A stretch of DNA of 64,000 nt from a virus, in the IMG/VR virus record IMGVR_UViG_3300023179_000016, positions 89,400 to 153,399 of that record; one strand, given 5' to 3'. The notes beneath the pieces were generated by a model, which was not told the origin of the DNA, did no database searches, and saw only the letters and a list, made by a program, of their open reading frames with translations. A program made the position numbers and the translations under genes. Numbering within the stretch: position 1 is the stretch's first letter; each line of letters starts with the position of its first letter. Below are positions 20,714-29,565 of this stretch, piece after piece.

Positions 20714-21039
20714 GTGTTTACTCTAGATACAACTATATGATTACCAAATTTAATCGGTATCTTGTCGCCTATGTTTAATTTCATAGTGGTGCTATATGTA
20801 TAATTAGATACAGTTGTCGTGGGTGATGTATGTGCGCTATATGTCACGATATATTCGCCGCTCATAGGTACTTTATAATAATAAGTAGCTGGAAATTCCC
20901 CTATTACCTTTAAAGATCTAAGCAATTTAGATAGTCTCCAGGATTCGGTCAAAACTTCCATGCTTCCGGCTGTGACGCCGCCGTGTGTGTCTATTCCATA
21001 TCTACTATCAAAATAGATGGTGGTTCCCTTAGAAATCAT
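20710..21039 (-). CDS. Small protein resembling a stand-alone C1q-like fibre module
   Basis: TIYFD..IDTHG, YKVPMSGEYIV and LNIGDKI echo the distal modules of the adjacent fibre; 4-nt overlaps with both neighbours. Confidence 0.5.
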   Translation of the reverse strand: MISKGTTIYFDSRYGIDTHGGVTAGSMEVLTESWRLSKLLRSLKVIGEFPATYYYKVPMSGEYIVTYSAHTSPTTTVSNYTYSTTMKLNIGDKIPIKFGNHIVVSRVNT

Positions 21040-21911
21040 CGCGATGCTCCTTTTAAATTCTTCATGAAGACGCTAACTAAATATTGCGAATTGTTCTCTT
21101 TTAAGAGATCATTCCAGTCTTTATTAGTCTCTTCTGTGAGAGAATAATGAGTAATACAATTAAAATCTAACATCTTCTTAAGACCTTTTAGGCCAGCCTC
21201 ATCAGAGTCAAATGCAGATATTACTTTGTATCCCTTTTCTTTAAGTTCTTTAAGAGCGCCTGCTTGATGCTCGGATACGCCAGAGCCAGAAGAACAAATG
21301 AACTTCCAGGGATTACGAGAAAAGCCATCATACTTAACATTAAACGCTTGTTGCAGAGATAGCGCGTTAAAATACCCTTCACAAACCACCACAGCTTTTA
21401 CATGGGGCATCATCTTAGATTGATTCCACATGCCAAAAAGTAAACCTAAACGAGTACCTGGTAAAGTAGTAATCTTCCAAGGATCCCCGTCGCTATTTAT
21501 TCTTTCTTCTATAAATCTTATCTGTGCACCGCAGAAATGATTTTCATAATAATACGGAAATACTATACCATCCATGTCTAAATCATAGTACATGTCGCCT
21601 TCTAGATTTAGACCTCTACTCTTTAGATATAATACACCGTTATTTGCCCTAGGATCTGACAAAGGTATGAAGGAACTTGGCCATGCCATTGCTCGGACCT
21701 CGTTGTCAGAATCCGTGGCAATTTCTATCCCTCCCTTAATAAACTCGTGTATGTCTATGCCAGCTGTCTCGCAATATTGCTCTAATGAATAGCCTCTCTG
21801 GCATTTTCCAGCACACCATGTCCACGGCAGATTTGTCTTTTCATCTATATGCCAGTATAAGCAATCGTTCTTTCTTCCACCTTTGCATATATAGCATTTC
21901 TTGCTTAACAT
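21036..21911 (-). CDS. DNA primase (Zn finger + TOPRIM)
   Basis: N-terminal CxxC...CxxxC; YLKSRGL; TOPRIM motifs VVCEGYFNAL and AFDSDEAG; KDWND. Confidence 0.88.
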   Translation of the reverse strand: MLSKKCYICKGGRKNDCLYWHIDEKTNLPWTWCAGKCQRGYSLEQYCETAGIDIHEFIKGGIEIATDSDNEVRAMAWPSSFIPLSDPRANNGVLYLKSRGLNLEGDMYYDLDMDGIVFPYYYENHFCGAQIRFIEERINSDGDPWKITTLPGTRLGLLFGMWNQSKMMPHVKAVVVCEGYFNALSLQQAFNVKYDGFSRNPWKFICSSGSGVSEHQAGALKELKEKGYKVISAFDSDEAGLKGLKKMLDFNCITHYSLTEETNKDWNDLLKENNSQYLVSVFMKNLKGASR

Positions 21912-22171
21912 AAGTCACCTAACACCTCATTTATCCCGGTAATTTCTGTATACCCATAAAACTTAATTAGATTATCTATATTCTTCTGAATGTTTGCATT
22001 TAAATTTTTTATATATGCCGCATAATAATATGCGGCAGCTATCACTGGTGCACCTGACGCTATCGATATAAGCGATATCAACTCTATATCATCTTTAGCA
22101 TAGGGATTATTCTTGCAGACAGATTCTGTTATCGTAGCTAAATGTCTATAACTTGTTAGATCTATTTTCAT
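21905..22171 (-). CDS. Hypothetical protein
   Basis: 88-aa ORF between helicase and primase, in operon. Confidence 0.55.
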   Translation of the reverse strand: MKIDLTSYRHLATITESVCKNNPYAKDDIELISLISIASGAPVIAAAYYYAAYIKNLNANIQKNIDNLIKFYGYTEITGINEVLGDLC

Positions 22172-23185
22172 TTAATCTGGTTGTCCAAGCATGGCTTCAA
22201 GTTTATCTAGCTTCTCTTCTTGCTGCTTTAGCTTACCTCTTTTTTCTCGCTCTACTATCTCCTCCATCGAGATCTTCACATATCGACCCTTCTCGAAACC
22301 GCATACTATTTTGTTGCCGGCTCGACCAAATCGGTCTTTATGAATTATGAATTCAGACGTTTGAGCTTCAAAATTAGGGACCACTTCGATAATAACCGTC
22401 GCAGGTTCCACTATCGCAGTGCAATCTTTTATTCTAGTGTCTATATCTTTTGCACCGCCCTTTTTAGAGACAGAATACAGCTGAGCAAACAGCACTACCG
22501 GCATAGTAGAAGATTTTATATATTGACCCAACCATACTCTTATATCGTTTAGATTGTCATATGCAGTCTTTTTAGAATCTTTAAGAGAATATTTGATGAG
22601 TTGATAGTAGTCAATAAGAACACAGCTATAACTAGCTTCTTTCTTAACCGCTTCTAGTGCCTTTTTGATACCTTCAACTTTAGTAGTTAATCCATCTTTA
22701 TAGGTTACATCTATAACCTTTACATATTTTGTAATTTCTGGAAACAGATAGATTACTCTCTTTTGGTCTTCGATGGGCATATGGCCCTTCTTGTAATCGT
22801 TGAAATTTAATCCTAATTCTAGACATGCAATCCTGAATATGACATCGTGCTCAGATTCTTCATTAGAGAGCACAAGTGTCTTCTTATTCTGCTTCCACAG
22901 TGGATATGTTATGTTAGCAGCAACAGTAGATTTACCTGATCCTGTATAGGCACAGAACAGATATAGATTTTCTCTTGTAAATGGTATTGTAGCGCTAAGA
23001 GGCTCATTGATGAGCGTAATTCGCTCTTTGAGCATCTCGTTGTATCTATGGATGTTTGTCAACATCCCGCGCAATGAGTCTTTATCGCCAAAAGATTCGA
23101 TCTCATCTAAAGAAACTTCTAGATCTGAACCGTCTTTTTTAGATAACTTTAATTGGAGCTCAATTTGCTCCGCTGTCAGTTTCAT
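22172..23185 (-). CDS. DnaB-like (SF4) replicative helicase, C-terminal ATPase domain only
   Basis: Walker A AYTGSGKST, LSNEE, Walker B LIDYYQL, LFAQL, HKDRFG; ATG at 23185 preceded by GGAGA. Confidence 0.85.
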   Translation of the reverse strand: MKLTAEQIELQLKLSKKDGSDLEVSLDEIESFGDKDSLRGMLTNIHRYNEMLKERITLINEPLSATIPFTRENLYLFCAYTGSGKSTVAANITYPLWKQNKKTLVLSNEESEHDVIFRIACLELGLNFNDYKKGHMPIEDQKRVIYLFPEITKYVKVIDVTYKDGLTTKVEGIKKALEAVKKEASYSCVLIDYYQLIKYSLKDSKKTAYDNLNDIRVWLGQYIKSSTMPVVLFAQLYSVSKKGGAKDIDTRIKDCTAIVEPATVIIEVVPNFEAQTSEFIIHKDRFGRAGNKIVCGFEKGRYVKISMEEIVEREKRGKLKQQEEKLDKLEAMLGQPD

Positions 23186-23711
23186 CTGTTTCTCCAAAAA
23201 CGTTTTTTATCATATCTTGTACATCAAGATTATACTGCTGCTGTCGCCATCTCTCTTCTAATTCTGATGTATCTAATACAGGGAACTGGTCTGCATATCG
23301 ACGCTGTGCTCGATATTCTGCAGCACTCATGTTTCCGTGAGAAGTTTCTTTCTTAGAATTTAGTTTAGCCGGAGATTTAAACAGTTCAAGAAATGTCAGT
23401 AGAGCAATATTATTTATGTTTTCGATCCATTGATCGGCAAACTCTTTTTCAGTTTTGTCGAAATTTGGTATGCATCTTTTGAAGGATTTATATGATTTTT
23501 TAATTATGTGGGTGTTTGGATGATGGGCCTTTATCGCCTTCTTAAGAAGCGAATCATATAGGTCGTCGAAGGTTGCGCCAGCCTCTTTCCAAGACTGGAA
23601 CAACTCCTCAAAGTTATTCTTCATATTCTTATGAGAGCGATCCTTAGTTGGAAGGAGGGCTATCCACTCATCTAAGATGATATCTAATAGTTTAGATTTT
23701 TCCATGGCCAA
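23160..23711 (-). CDS. Hypothetical protein in the replication operon (possible loader/initiator)
   Basis: 183-aa ORF overlapping the helicase start; no recognised motif. Confidence 0.55.
   Translation of the reverse strand: MAMEKSKLLDIILDEWIALLPTKDRSHKNMKNNFEELFQSWKEAGATFDDLYDSLLKKAIKAHHPNTHIIKKSYKSFKRCIPNFDKTEKEFADQWIENINNIALLTFLELFKSPAKLNSKKETSHGNMSAAEYRAQRRYADQFPVLDTSELEERWRQQQYNLDVQDMIKNVFGETDETDSGAN
23229..23236 (-). promoter_or_regulatory. Internal -10 box AGTATAAT upstream of helicase
   Basis: + strand attatact; about 44 nt before the helicase ATG. Confidence 0.45.
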
Positions 23712-23913
23712 TCTCAGCGCCTGATTCGATACCGTCTATAATTTCACCAGTTTTTAGGTTAGTTATACGGATCTTAGCGGAGTTATTGACCTTATCTAAG
23801 AAGAGAAGTTCTAACTTATATTCGTCGTTTATTATGAATGGTCTAGCTCTACCCAACCACCAATAAAGACTAGTCTTAAGTTTACCAGCATACTCGTTAA
23901 AGGAATCAGACAT
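23692..23913 (-). CDS. Hypothetical protein
   Basis: First gene of the minus-strand operon; ATG at 23913 with GGAGA upstream. Confidence 0.6.
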   Translation of the reverse strand: MSDSFNEYAGKLKTSLYWWLGRARPFIINDEYKLELLFLDKVNNSAKIRITNLKTGEIIDGIESGAEIGHGKI

Positions 23914-23939
23914 AAAATATTTCTCCAAATTATTGATTT

Positions 23940-23995
23940 ATTATACTGATCGATAAAAATGAGTCAAATAAGGTATCTATTACCTTTAGTAGAAT
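23940..23995. promoter_or_regulatory. Divergent promoter pair: minus-strand AGTATAAT (23947-23940) and plus-strand AGTAGAAT (23988-23995)
   Basis: Both motifs lie in the intergenic gap at the strand switch; the + box is 6 nt before ATG 24002. Confidence 0.65.
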
Positions 23996-24001
23996 ATACT
24001 C

Positions 24002-25399
24002 ATGAAAATATTCGTATATAATGACTCTATAAAAATTGAAAATCCAACTCAAGACACGTTAAATATTATAAAATCGGATCTTGTTTATAGAGACAAATCT
24101 AAAGATTATCAACTCAGAAAAATGGCAAGAAATCCTTGGCATCGTAATTCTGTCTTATACAAAAAATTACAAAAAGAAGTAGAGGGTGTTCTATATAAAG
24201 AACAAGACGATGTCATCGTCGTGTCTTCCGCCTTATTCGATGAATATAAATCCATATTCAATGGGTGTCACGTAGAAGATTTAAGAAAAGAGACAGGGTC
24301 TAAGATAAGCCTTCCGTGGACAAACAAGCCATTTGATCTCAGAGATTATCAACGAGAAGCAGTAGATGTGATGATGGTCTCTAATAGAGGCATAATAAAT
24401 TACGCTACCGGTCTAGGAAAGACATTACTGGCGACGCATCTGATAAAGCAATACAAGAGAAAAGCATTAGTAGTTTGTCCAAGTGAATCTGTCGCGAAGC
24501 AGTTCTACGATATTTTAGAAAAATCATTCGGAAAGACAAGAGTAGGCTTTTACGGAGGCGGGAAGAAAAAGATAGAAGATATAACGGTAGGTATTGCCGC
24601 ATCGATATCATTAAATATCCACGAATTCAAGAATAAAGATTTAGGTCTCGTCATAATAGACGAATGCCATCATACTCCAGCAAATACCTTCATGCAGATA
24701 GCAGAAGGTCTTTCACACGTAGGTAAGATGTTCGGTCTAACTGCAACTGATTATAGATCCGACGGCAAAGATCTCTTGATAAAGGCAGGATGCGGGTCTG
24801 TTCTCGTCAAGAGAGATATAAAATGGGGAATCGAGAATGGATGGCTCGCTGAACCTTATTTTATAGTGAGAGAGGTTCTTACTCACGGCAAGGACTATAA
24901 AGACGATAAATTAAAATCATATAAAGAGCACGTGTTGAACAACAACGAGATGAAATCTAGAATCGAATCGGACGCACGGGCGATGATTAGCGCCGGCAAG
25001 CAGGTACTTATCCTTGTAGATGAAGTAGCCCACGGCAAAGAATTATCTAAGAATTTAGGAATACCGTTTGCGACCGGACAAGATAAGAAGTCGCAAGAAT
25101 ATGTAGATGCTTTGAATAAAAAGAAGATATCTGCATTGGTAGGAACCTCAGGAAAAGTGGGGGAGGGAACAGACACTAAAAATGTGGATGTGCTTATATT
25201 AGCAGATTTCACGGCCTCTAAGGGTCCTGTAATACAGGCAGTAGGTAGAGCTCTTAGAAAGCAAGATGATAAGACTAAGGCCCTAATATTGGACTATATT
25301 CCTTTAGGATCTTCTATGTTGACTAGACATGCCAAAGGCAGAATTAAGTACTACCAAGAGATAACAGACAAGATTAAGATAATACAGCACAATTCATAG
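24002..25399 (+). CDS. SF2 DExH helicase, UvsW-like
   Basis: LRDYQ, ATGLGKT, IIDECHH, GLTAT, GEGTD and QAVGRALR motifs. Confidence 0.92.
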   Translation: MKIFVYNDSIKIENPTQDTLNIIKSDLVYRDKSKDYQLRKMARNPWHRNSVLYKKLQKEVEGVLYKEQDDVIVVSSALFDEYKSIFNGCHVEDLRKETGSKISLPWTNKPFDLRDYQREAVDVMMVSNRGIINYATGLGKTLLATHLIKQYKRKALVVCPSESVAKQFYDILEKSFGKTRVGFYGGGKKKIEDITVGIAASISLNIHEFKNKDLGLVIIDECHHTPANTFMQIAEGLSHVGKMFGLTATDYRSDGKDLLIKAGCGSVLVKRDIKWGIENGWLAEPYFIVREVLTHGKDYKDDKLKSYKEHVLNNNEMKSRIESDARAMISAGKQVLILVDEVAHGKELSKNLGIPFATGQDKKSQEYVDALNKKKISALVGTSGKVGEGTDTKNVDVLILADFTASKGPVIQAVGRALRKQDDKTKALILDYIPLGSSMLTRHAKGRIKYYQEITDKIKIIQHNS

Positions 25400-25412
25400 T
25401 ATAATAGTCTGC

Positions 25413-25952
25413 ATGAGACAGCCCAATAAAGCGTGTATAGATATAATCAAGTCATTTGAAGGTCTTTTTCTTAAGCCTTATCTATGTCCAGCTGGAATAC
25501 CAACTATAGGTTACGGCACCATTAGATACCCTGATGGCACATCTGTCTCTTTAAAAGATTCCCCAATATCTGAACAAGATGCAGAAAGATACCTGATGCA
25601 TGAGATAAACGAGAAAGCAAACGGCGTCGAGTCGCTTTTAACTATAAAAGTATCCGACAACGAATTTGGTGCTCTAGTGTCTTTTGCCTACAACCTTGGT
25701 CTAGGTAATCTTAAAAAATCCACTCTATTAAAGATATTAAACGCTGACGCAGACAGACAAAAAATCGGAGATGAATTCTTAAAATGGAATAAGGCTGCCG
25801 GTAAAGAACTATCTGGTCTTACTAGACGTAGACAGGCAGAGAGAGCACTTTTTCTTCAACCAGACACTTCTCCATCTAATTTGCCAGAAGGTCCTTCAGA
25901 TAAAGAGATAGAAGAAAAACTCGAACAGATAGAAAAAGATATAACATCTTAA
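25413..25952 (+). CDS. Endolysin, GH24 lysozyme family
   Basis: IKSFEG...YLCPAGIPTIGYG, ALVSFAYNLG, GLTRRRQAERALF. Confidence 0.92.
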   Translation: MRQPNKACIDIIKSFEGLFLKPYLCPAGIPTIGYGTIRYPDGTSVSLKDSPISEQDAERYLMHEINEKANGVESLLTIKVSDNEFGALVSFAYNLGLGNLKKSTLLKILNADADRQKIGDEFLKWNKAAGKELSGLTRRRQAERALFLQPDTSPSNLPEGPSDKEIEEKLEQIEKDITS

Positions 25953-26278
25953 TGCAAAAGATCGGCAATATCTTCATTAATCCATTAGAATTAAATCTGA
26001 TCCCGGGCTTGTTATTAACTAAAGGTCTATATCAAGTCACAATGAGCTCTACATTGATCAGATTAGATGATCCATATTCTTTTGAGACACAAAATTCATC
26101 TTGGCATTCTAGATCAGACATGAATGTAATGTTTGGCGATGATGTGCATAGTGTTGTTTACACTATAAATTCTATAGATGGTTATAGTGGGGTCTATAAG
26201 CATTTTAGAATGACAAAGTCAGAACTTATACTATTGAATCTAGCCAATAGATTTTTAAACAAGCCTCTTGTTCCTTAA
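25952..26278 (+). CDS. Hypothetical protein
   Basis: 108-aa ORF coupled to endolysin by TAATG. Confidence 0.55.
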   Translation: MQKIGNIFINPLELNLIPGLLLTKGLYQVTMSSTLIRLDDPYSFETQNSSWHSRSDMNVMFGDDVHSVVYTINSIDGYSGVYKHFRMTKSELILLNLANRFLNKPLVP

Positions 26279-26294
26279 AAACAAACCAAATCTT

Positions 26295-26480
26295 CTTGCT
26301 CGCGCGCTCTTAGCGCGCGAAGTGTGTGCGAAGCACACACGTAAGCTTAGAGTAAGCTTAGATAAATTTTGTAAGCTTAGAGTAAGCAAGTAGTGGGAGT
26401 TTCTTCTATTATGATACCCGCGACAGCACACTTTTTAACTTAGATATAAAAATATTTTTTAACTTCATAAAAATATAAAA
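26295..26480. repeat. Two perfect GC-rich hairpins, 11-bp direct repeats and an AT-rich tract; candidate replication origin or ncRNA locus
   Basis: TCGCGCGCT-ctt-AGCGCGCGA (26300-26320); GTGTGTGC-gaa-GCACACAC (26322-26340); GTAAGCTTAGA at 26341, 26352 and 26371 plus a partial copy at 26382; duplicated TTTTTAACTT..ATAAAAATAT at about 26432-26476. Confidence 0.7.
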
Positions 26481-26511
26481 TCAGTACAATTAGCCAAATT
26501 AGGAGATTTAT

Positions 26512-27033
26512 ATGCTTACCATTAAAAATGAAGAGGCTAAAGATATTGTTAAAAAAATATACGAAGAGACATATAAGATAGAAGTTAAAATTGAAGAGGG
26601 CGGTAAATTACCTTCTAAGGTAAGACAGACTGATGCTGGCTTCGACGTATATTCGACAGAGGATATTTCACTTTACCCAGGTCAATCTGGAAAAACGCCA
26701 TTAAATATAAGACTTAAATTACCAAAATCTACCTATGCAGAGATCACTACTAAATCTGGTTTAGGCTCAAGAGGTCATTCAGTCAGAGCTGGCATAATAG
26801 ATGAAGAATATAGAGGCGTAGTTCACGTCATTCATTCTAATGTGAGCCTATTTGATGGTACAGACTATCCATATTCGATGAATCAGCAGCCGCTTCTAAT
26901 AAAGAAAGGCGAGAAAATAGCTCAGATGATAATTCATCCCTATAGTTCTAACTATTATATAGAAGAAGTCACTGAACTTGACACCGCTACGTCGCGAGGA
27001 GAAGGCGGCTTTGGCAGTACAGGTAGTCACTAA
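26512..27033 (+). CDS. dut: Trimeric dUTPase
   Basis: DAGFD, KSGL, AGIIDEEYRG, KIAQ and RGEGGFGSTG motifs; promoter AGTACAAT 26483-26490 and SD AGGAG. Confidence 0.95.
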   Translation: MLTIKNEEAKDIVKKIYEETYKIEVKIEEGGKLPSKVRQTDAGFDVYSTEDISLYPGQSGKTPLNIRLKLPKSTYAEITTKSGLGSRGHSVRAGIIDEEYRGVVHVIHSNVSLFDGTDYPYSMNQQPLLIKKGEKIAQMIIHPYSSNYYIEEVTELDTATSRGEGGFGSTGSH

Positions 27034-27061
27034 TATTCTGTGAACTAAGTACAATTAGTAC

Positions 27062-27829
27062 ATGAAATTAGATAATCTATCAAGTCTCTTCAATACCACG
27101 ATAAGAATACAAGAGAGATCGCCTCTCAGCCAAGATGCTATATGGCCAGCTAATATAGAGATCTGTCTGACCCGCGTACCTATAAGAAAGAGAGACGGAT
27201 GGGACCCGGAAGAATTCACTAAATTTGCCAAAAAACTTAAGACAAATATGGTGACAAATGGAGTTGTATTCTTGATATGCTATGCTCCAATAGAGGCCAA
27301 ATGGCGCCCATTTGAGATAGCAAAGATAATGGTCGATGCAGGATTCAATCATGTCGACAATATCGTAATCAAAAAGACCTGGTTTCCTGGAAAAAGATCT
27401 GAGACTAACCTAGTAAACTCTCACGAGTATGTTCTGCATTTTTGCAATGGGAGTGTTTGGAAATTAGATCGTCTTCCTGTTAGACAGTATCTAGACATCG
27501 ACGACGATCTGTCGTGCCCCGGAAACACGTGGGAAGTAGAGACCGGTTCACTAGATGAATCTTATCCAGTAGATCTCGCGGAGCTCCTTATAAGGATGAC
27601 TAATTGCTTGCCAGGTTCAGTTGTCTTTGATCCATATGGAGGGGGAACTGGCGCATTAAAGGCCGCCCTTAAATTAGGACATAGTTTTTTTGGATTTGAG
27701 ACAGACAAGAAGCAATTAAAAAAATACGAAAAGATAGTAGAAAGCTTTAACGACAGAAAGAAAAACAACAAAAAGAGAATTAACACGGTCTTGAAACAAA
27801 AAGACTTAATGGACGATGACGATATTTGA
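27062..27829 (+). CDS. N4/N6 DNA methyltransferase-like protein with degenerate catalytic motif
   Basis: HEYVLHF, GNTW, YPVDLAELLI and PGSVVFDPYGGGTG..AALKLGHSFFGFE match beta-class MTases; the expected DPPY/SPPY site reads TRVP. Confidence 0.75.
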   Translation: MKLDNLSSLFNTTIRIQERSPLSQDAIWPANIEICLTRVPIRKRDGWDPEEFTKFAKKLKTNMVTNGVVFLICYAPIEAKWRPFEIAKIMVDAGFNHVDNIVIKKTWFPGKRSETNLVNSHEYVLHFCNGSVWKLDRLPVRQYLDIDDDLSCPGNTWEVETGSLDESYPVDLAELLIRMTNCLPGSVVFDPYGGGTGALKAALKLGHSFFGFETDKKQLKKYEKIVESFNDRKKNNKKRINTVLKQKDLMDDDDI

Positions 27830-27837
27830 GGTTAAAT

Positions 27838-29565
27838 ATGTTATATGAAAAATCCAAGGCCAAAAGAATACTAGTAGATAAGAATAAAGTTAGGAGCATA
27901 GTTCATTCCACAATAAATGATATGGCGACTATTGTGGGAGCTACTCTAGGTCCAGGTGGAAATCCTGTCTTGATCGAGAGAGACGGTCTATCTCCATTAA
28001 TAACAAAAGATGGGGTCACTGTAGCTAAATCTTTAGGTGTGGACAACGCAGAGGCCAATATCATAGTAGATGCGGCAAAAGAGATATGTCTCAAGACTGC
28101 CAAAGAAGCCGGCGATGGCACAACTACTGCTATTGTTCTAGCTAATAGCATAACTAAGCATGGCTCGCTGTTCTTAGAAAAAAACCCAAAATATAATCCC
28201 CAGCGGATGATAACCGAACTGCAGGATCTTTATAAAACTATAATTGTGCCCTATCTAAAAGATAAGGCTAGAGTAGTAGATAGCAGACACGAATTAATTA
28301 ATGTGGCAAAGATCTCTGCCAATGGCGATCAAAGAATTGCAGAGGCGGCAGTAGATGCTGTTCTAGCAGCAGGGGACGATGGACATGTCTTGATCGAAGA
28401 GGCTCAAGGTGATCAGTTAAGAGTTGAAACTATGGACGGTTTCATAGTGACTACTGGCCTAAGAGATATCGGCTCTGTCGGTCGAGTATTCATAAATGAC
28501 AGGGCAAATCAGCAAGTCAAGATGGATAGAGGGCTTGTCTTTCTATTTGATGGCTCTTTAAACGACTTAAAGATTCCAAGCGCTATACAGCAAGCCGTAG
28601 AGGGAACAGAACTGTACGGTCTACCCATAATGGTTTTTGCTCATGGATTTGCCGATGTCGTAACAGATGCATTTGCTAAAACTACTAAAGGCGGCTATAC
28701 CGTAGTTCCAGTCAAAACTCCTATGAGTGGAATAGCCAACTCTAGATCTTCATTCTTGTTAGATATGGCGGCATATACCGGAGCAACGGTGTTTGATCCA
28801 GGATCTGTAGATAAATTTATAGAAGACGAGGATCATGTAGGATTTGGTTTTTTCAATTCTGCAAAGGTAGGCATGTACGAATCTGTTGTTCAATCTGAAT
28901 CAAATACAGATGTTTTAGATGCCAGAATAAATGAACTTAAGCACCTGATGGAGGTTAGTCCGAGTGATTTTGATAAGATGCATATCAAGGCCTCTATCGG
29001 TAAATTAACAGGCGGAATATCGACTGTGTGGGTCGGCGGTGGATCAGAATTAGAAGCAAGAGAAAAAAGAGATAGAGTAGAGGATGCGGTAGAAGCTGTT
29101 AAATCTGCAATTGCAGAGGGCATAGTTCCAGGTGGATGTGCGGTTCAATTAACGCTATCTTGGATCATAGCGACCCACCCTAATAAAAAACCTTCCTGGG
29201 AAATAATGGCTCTAGCTTTAACAGAACCATTTAATCTATTGCTTAATAATTGCGGTGAAACCGTAGATGAGGTGTGGCCTCATTTAAAAGAGCATATACA
29301 GGATTGCGCCGCAAGCAATCTCTTACCTAAGATGGTATTTGACGCCAATCAGCATACCATAGTTGATCCTATGGTGAGCGGAATTGTAGAACCAGCTAAA
29401 GTATGTAGAGTTACAATTGGTAATGCTTTATCTGTCGCCTCATTATTGGTAACATTAGGTGGTATTGTAGTAGTACCAAGAGATTCTGCACTAGAAAATC
29501 AATTGGCTCTTAGTAAACAGGCCTTTAAAGATATGATGACTGGTGCAGGCGTTGGAGCAGAATAA
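27838..29565 (+). CDS. groEL: Phage-encoded GroEL-like chaperonin
   Basis: TLGPGG, ITKDGVTVAK, AGDGTTTA, EKRDRVEDA, EGIVPGGC; GAGG precedes ATG 27838. Confidence 0.93.
   Translation: MLYEKSKAKRILVDKNKVRSIVHSTINDMATIVGATLGPGGNPVLIERDGLSPLITKDGVTVAKSLGVDNAEANIIVDAAKEICLKTAKEAGDGTTTAIVLANSITKHGSLFLEKNPKYNPQRMITELQDLYKTIIVPYLKDKARVVDSRHELINVAKISANGDQRIAEAAVDAVLAAGDDGHVLIEEAQGDQLRVETMDGFIVTTGLRDIGSVGRVFINDRANQQVKMDRGLVFLFDGSLNDLKIPSAIQQAVEGTELYGLPIMVFAHGFADVVTDAFAKTTKGGYTVVPVKTPMSGIANSRSSFLLDMAAYTGATVFDPGSVDKFIEDEDHVGFGFFNSAKVGMYESVVQSESNTDVLDARINELKHLMEVSPSDFDKMHIKASIGKLTGGISTVWVGGGSELEAREKRDRVEDAVEAVKSAIAEGIVPGGCAVQLTLSWIIATHPNKKPSWEIMALALTEPFNLLLNNCGETVDEVWPHLKEHIQDCAASNLLPKMVFDANQHTIVDPMVSGIVEPAKVCRVTIGNALSVASLLVTLGGIVVVPRDSALENQLALSKQAFKDMMTGAGVGAE

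Noticed and set aside
26341-26390. Possible mini-CRISPR array
   Set aside because: Repeats are 11 bp with 0-8 bp gaps; no spacer-length sequences and no cas genes.
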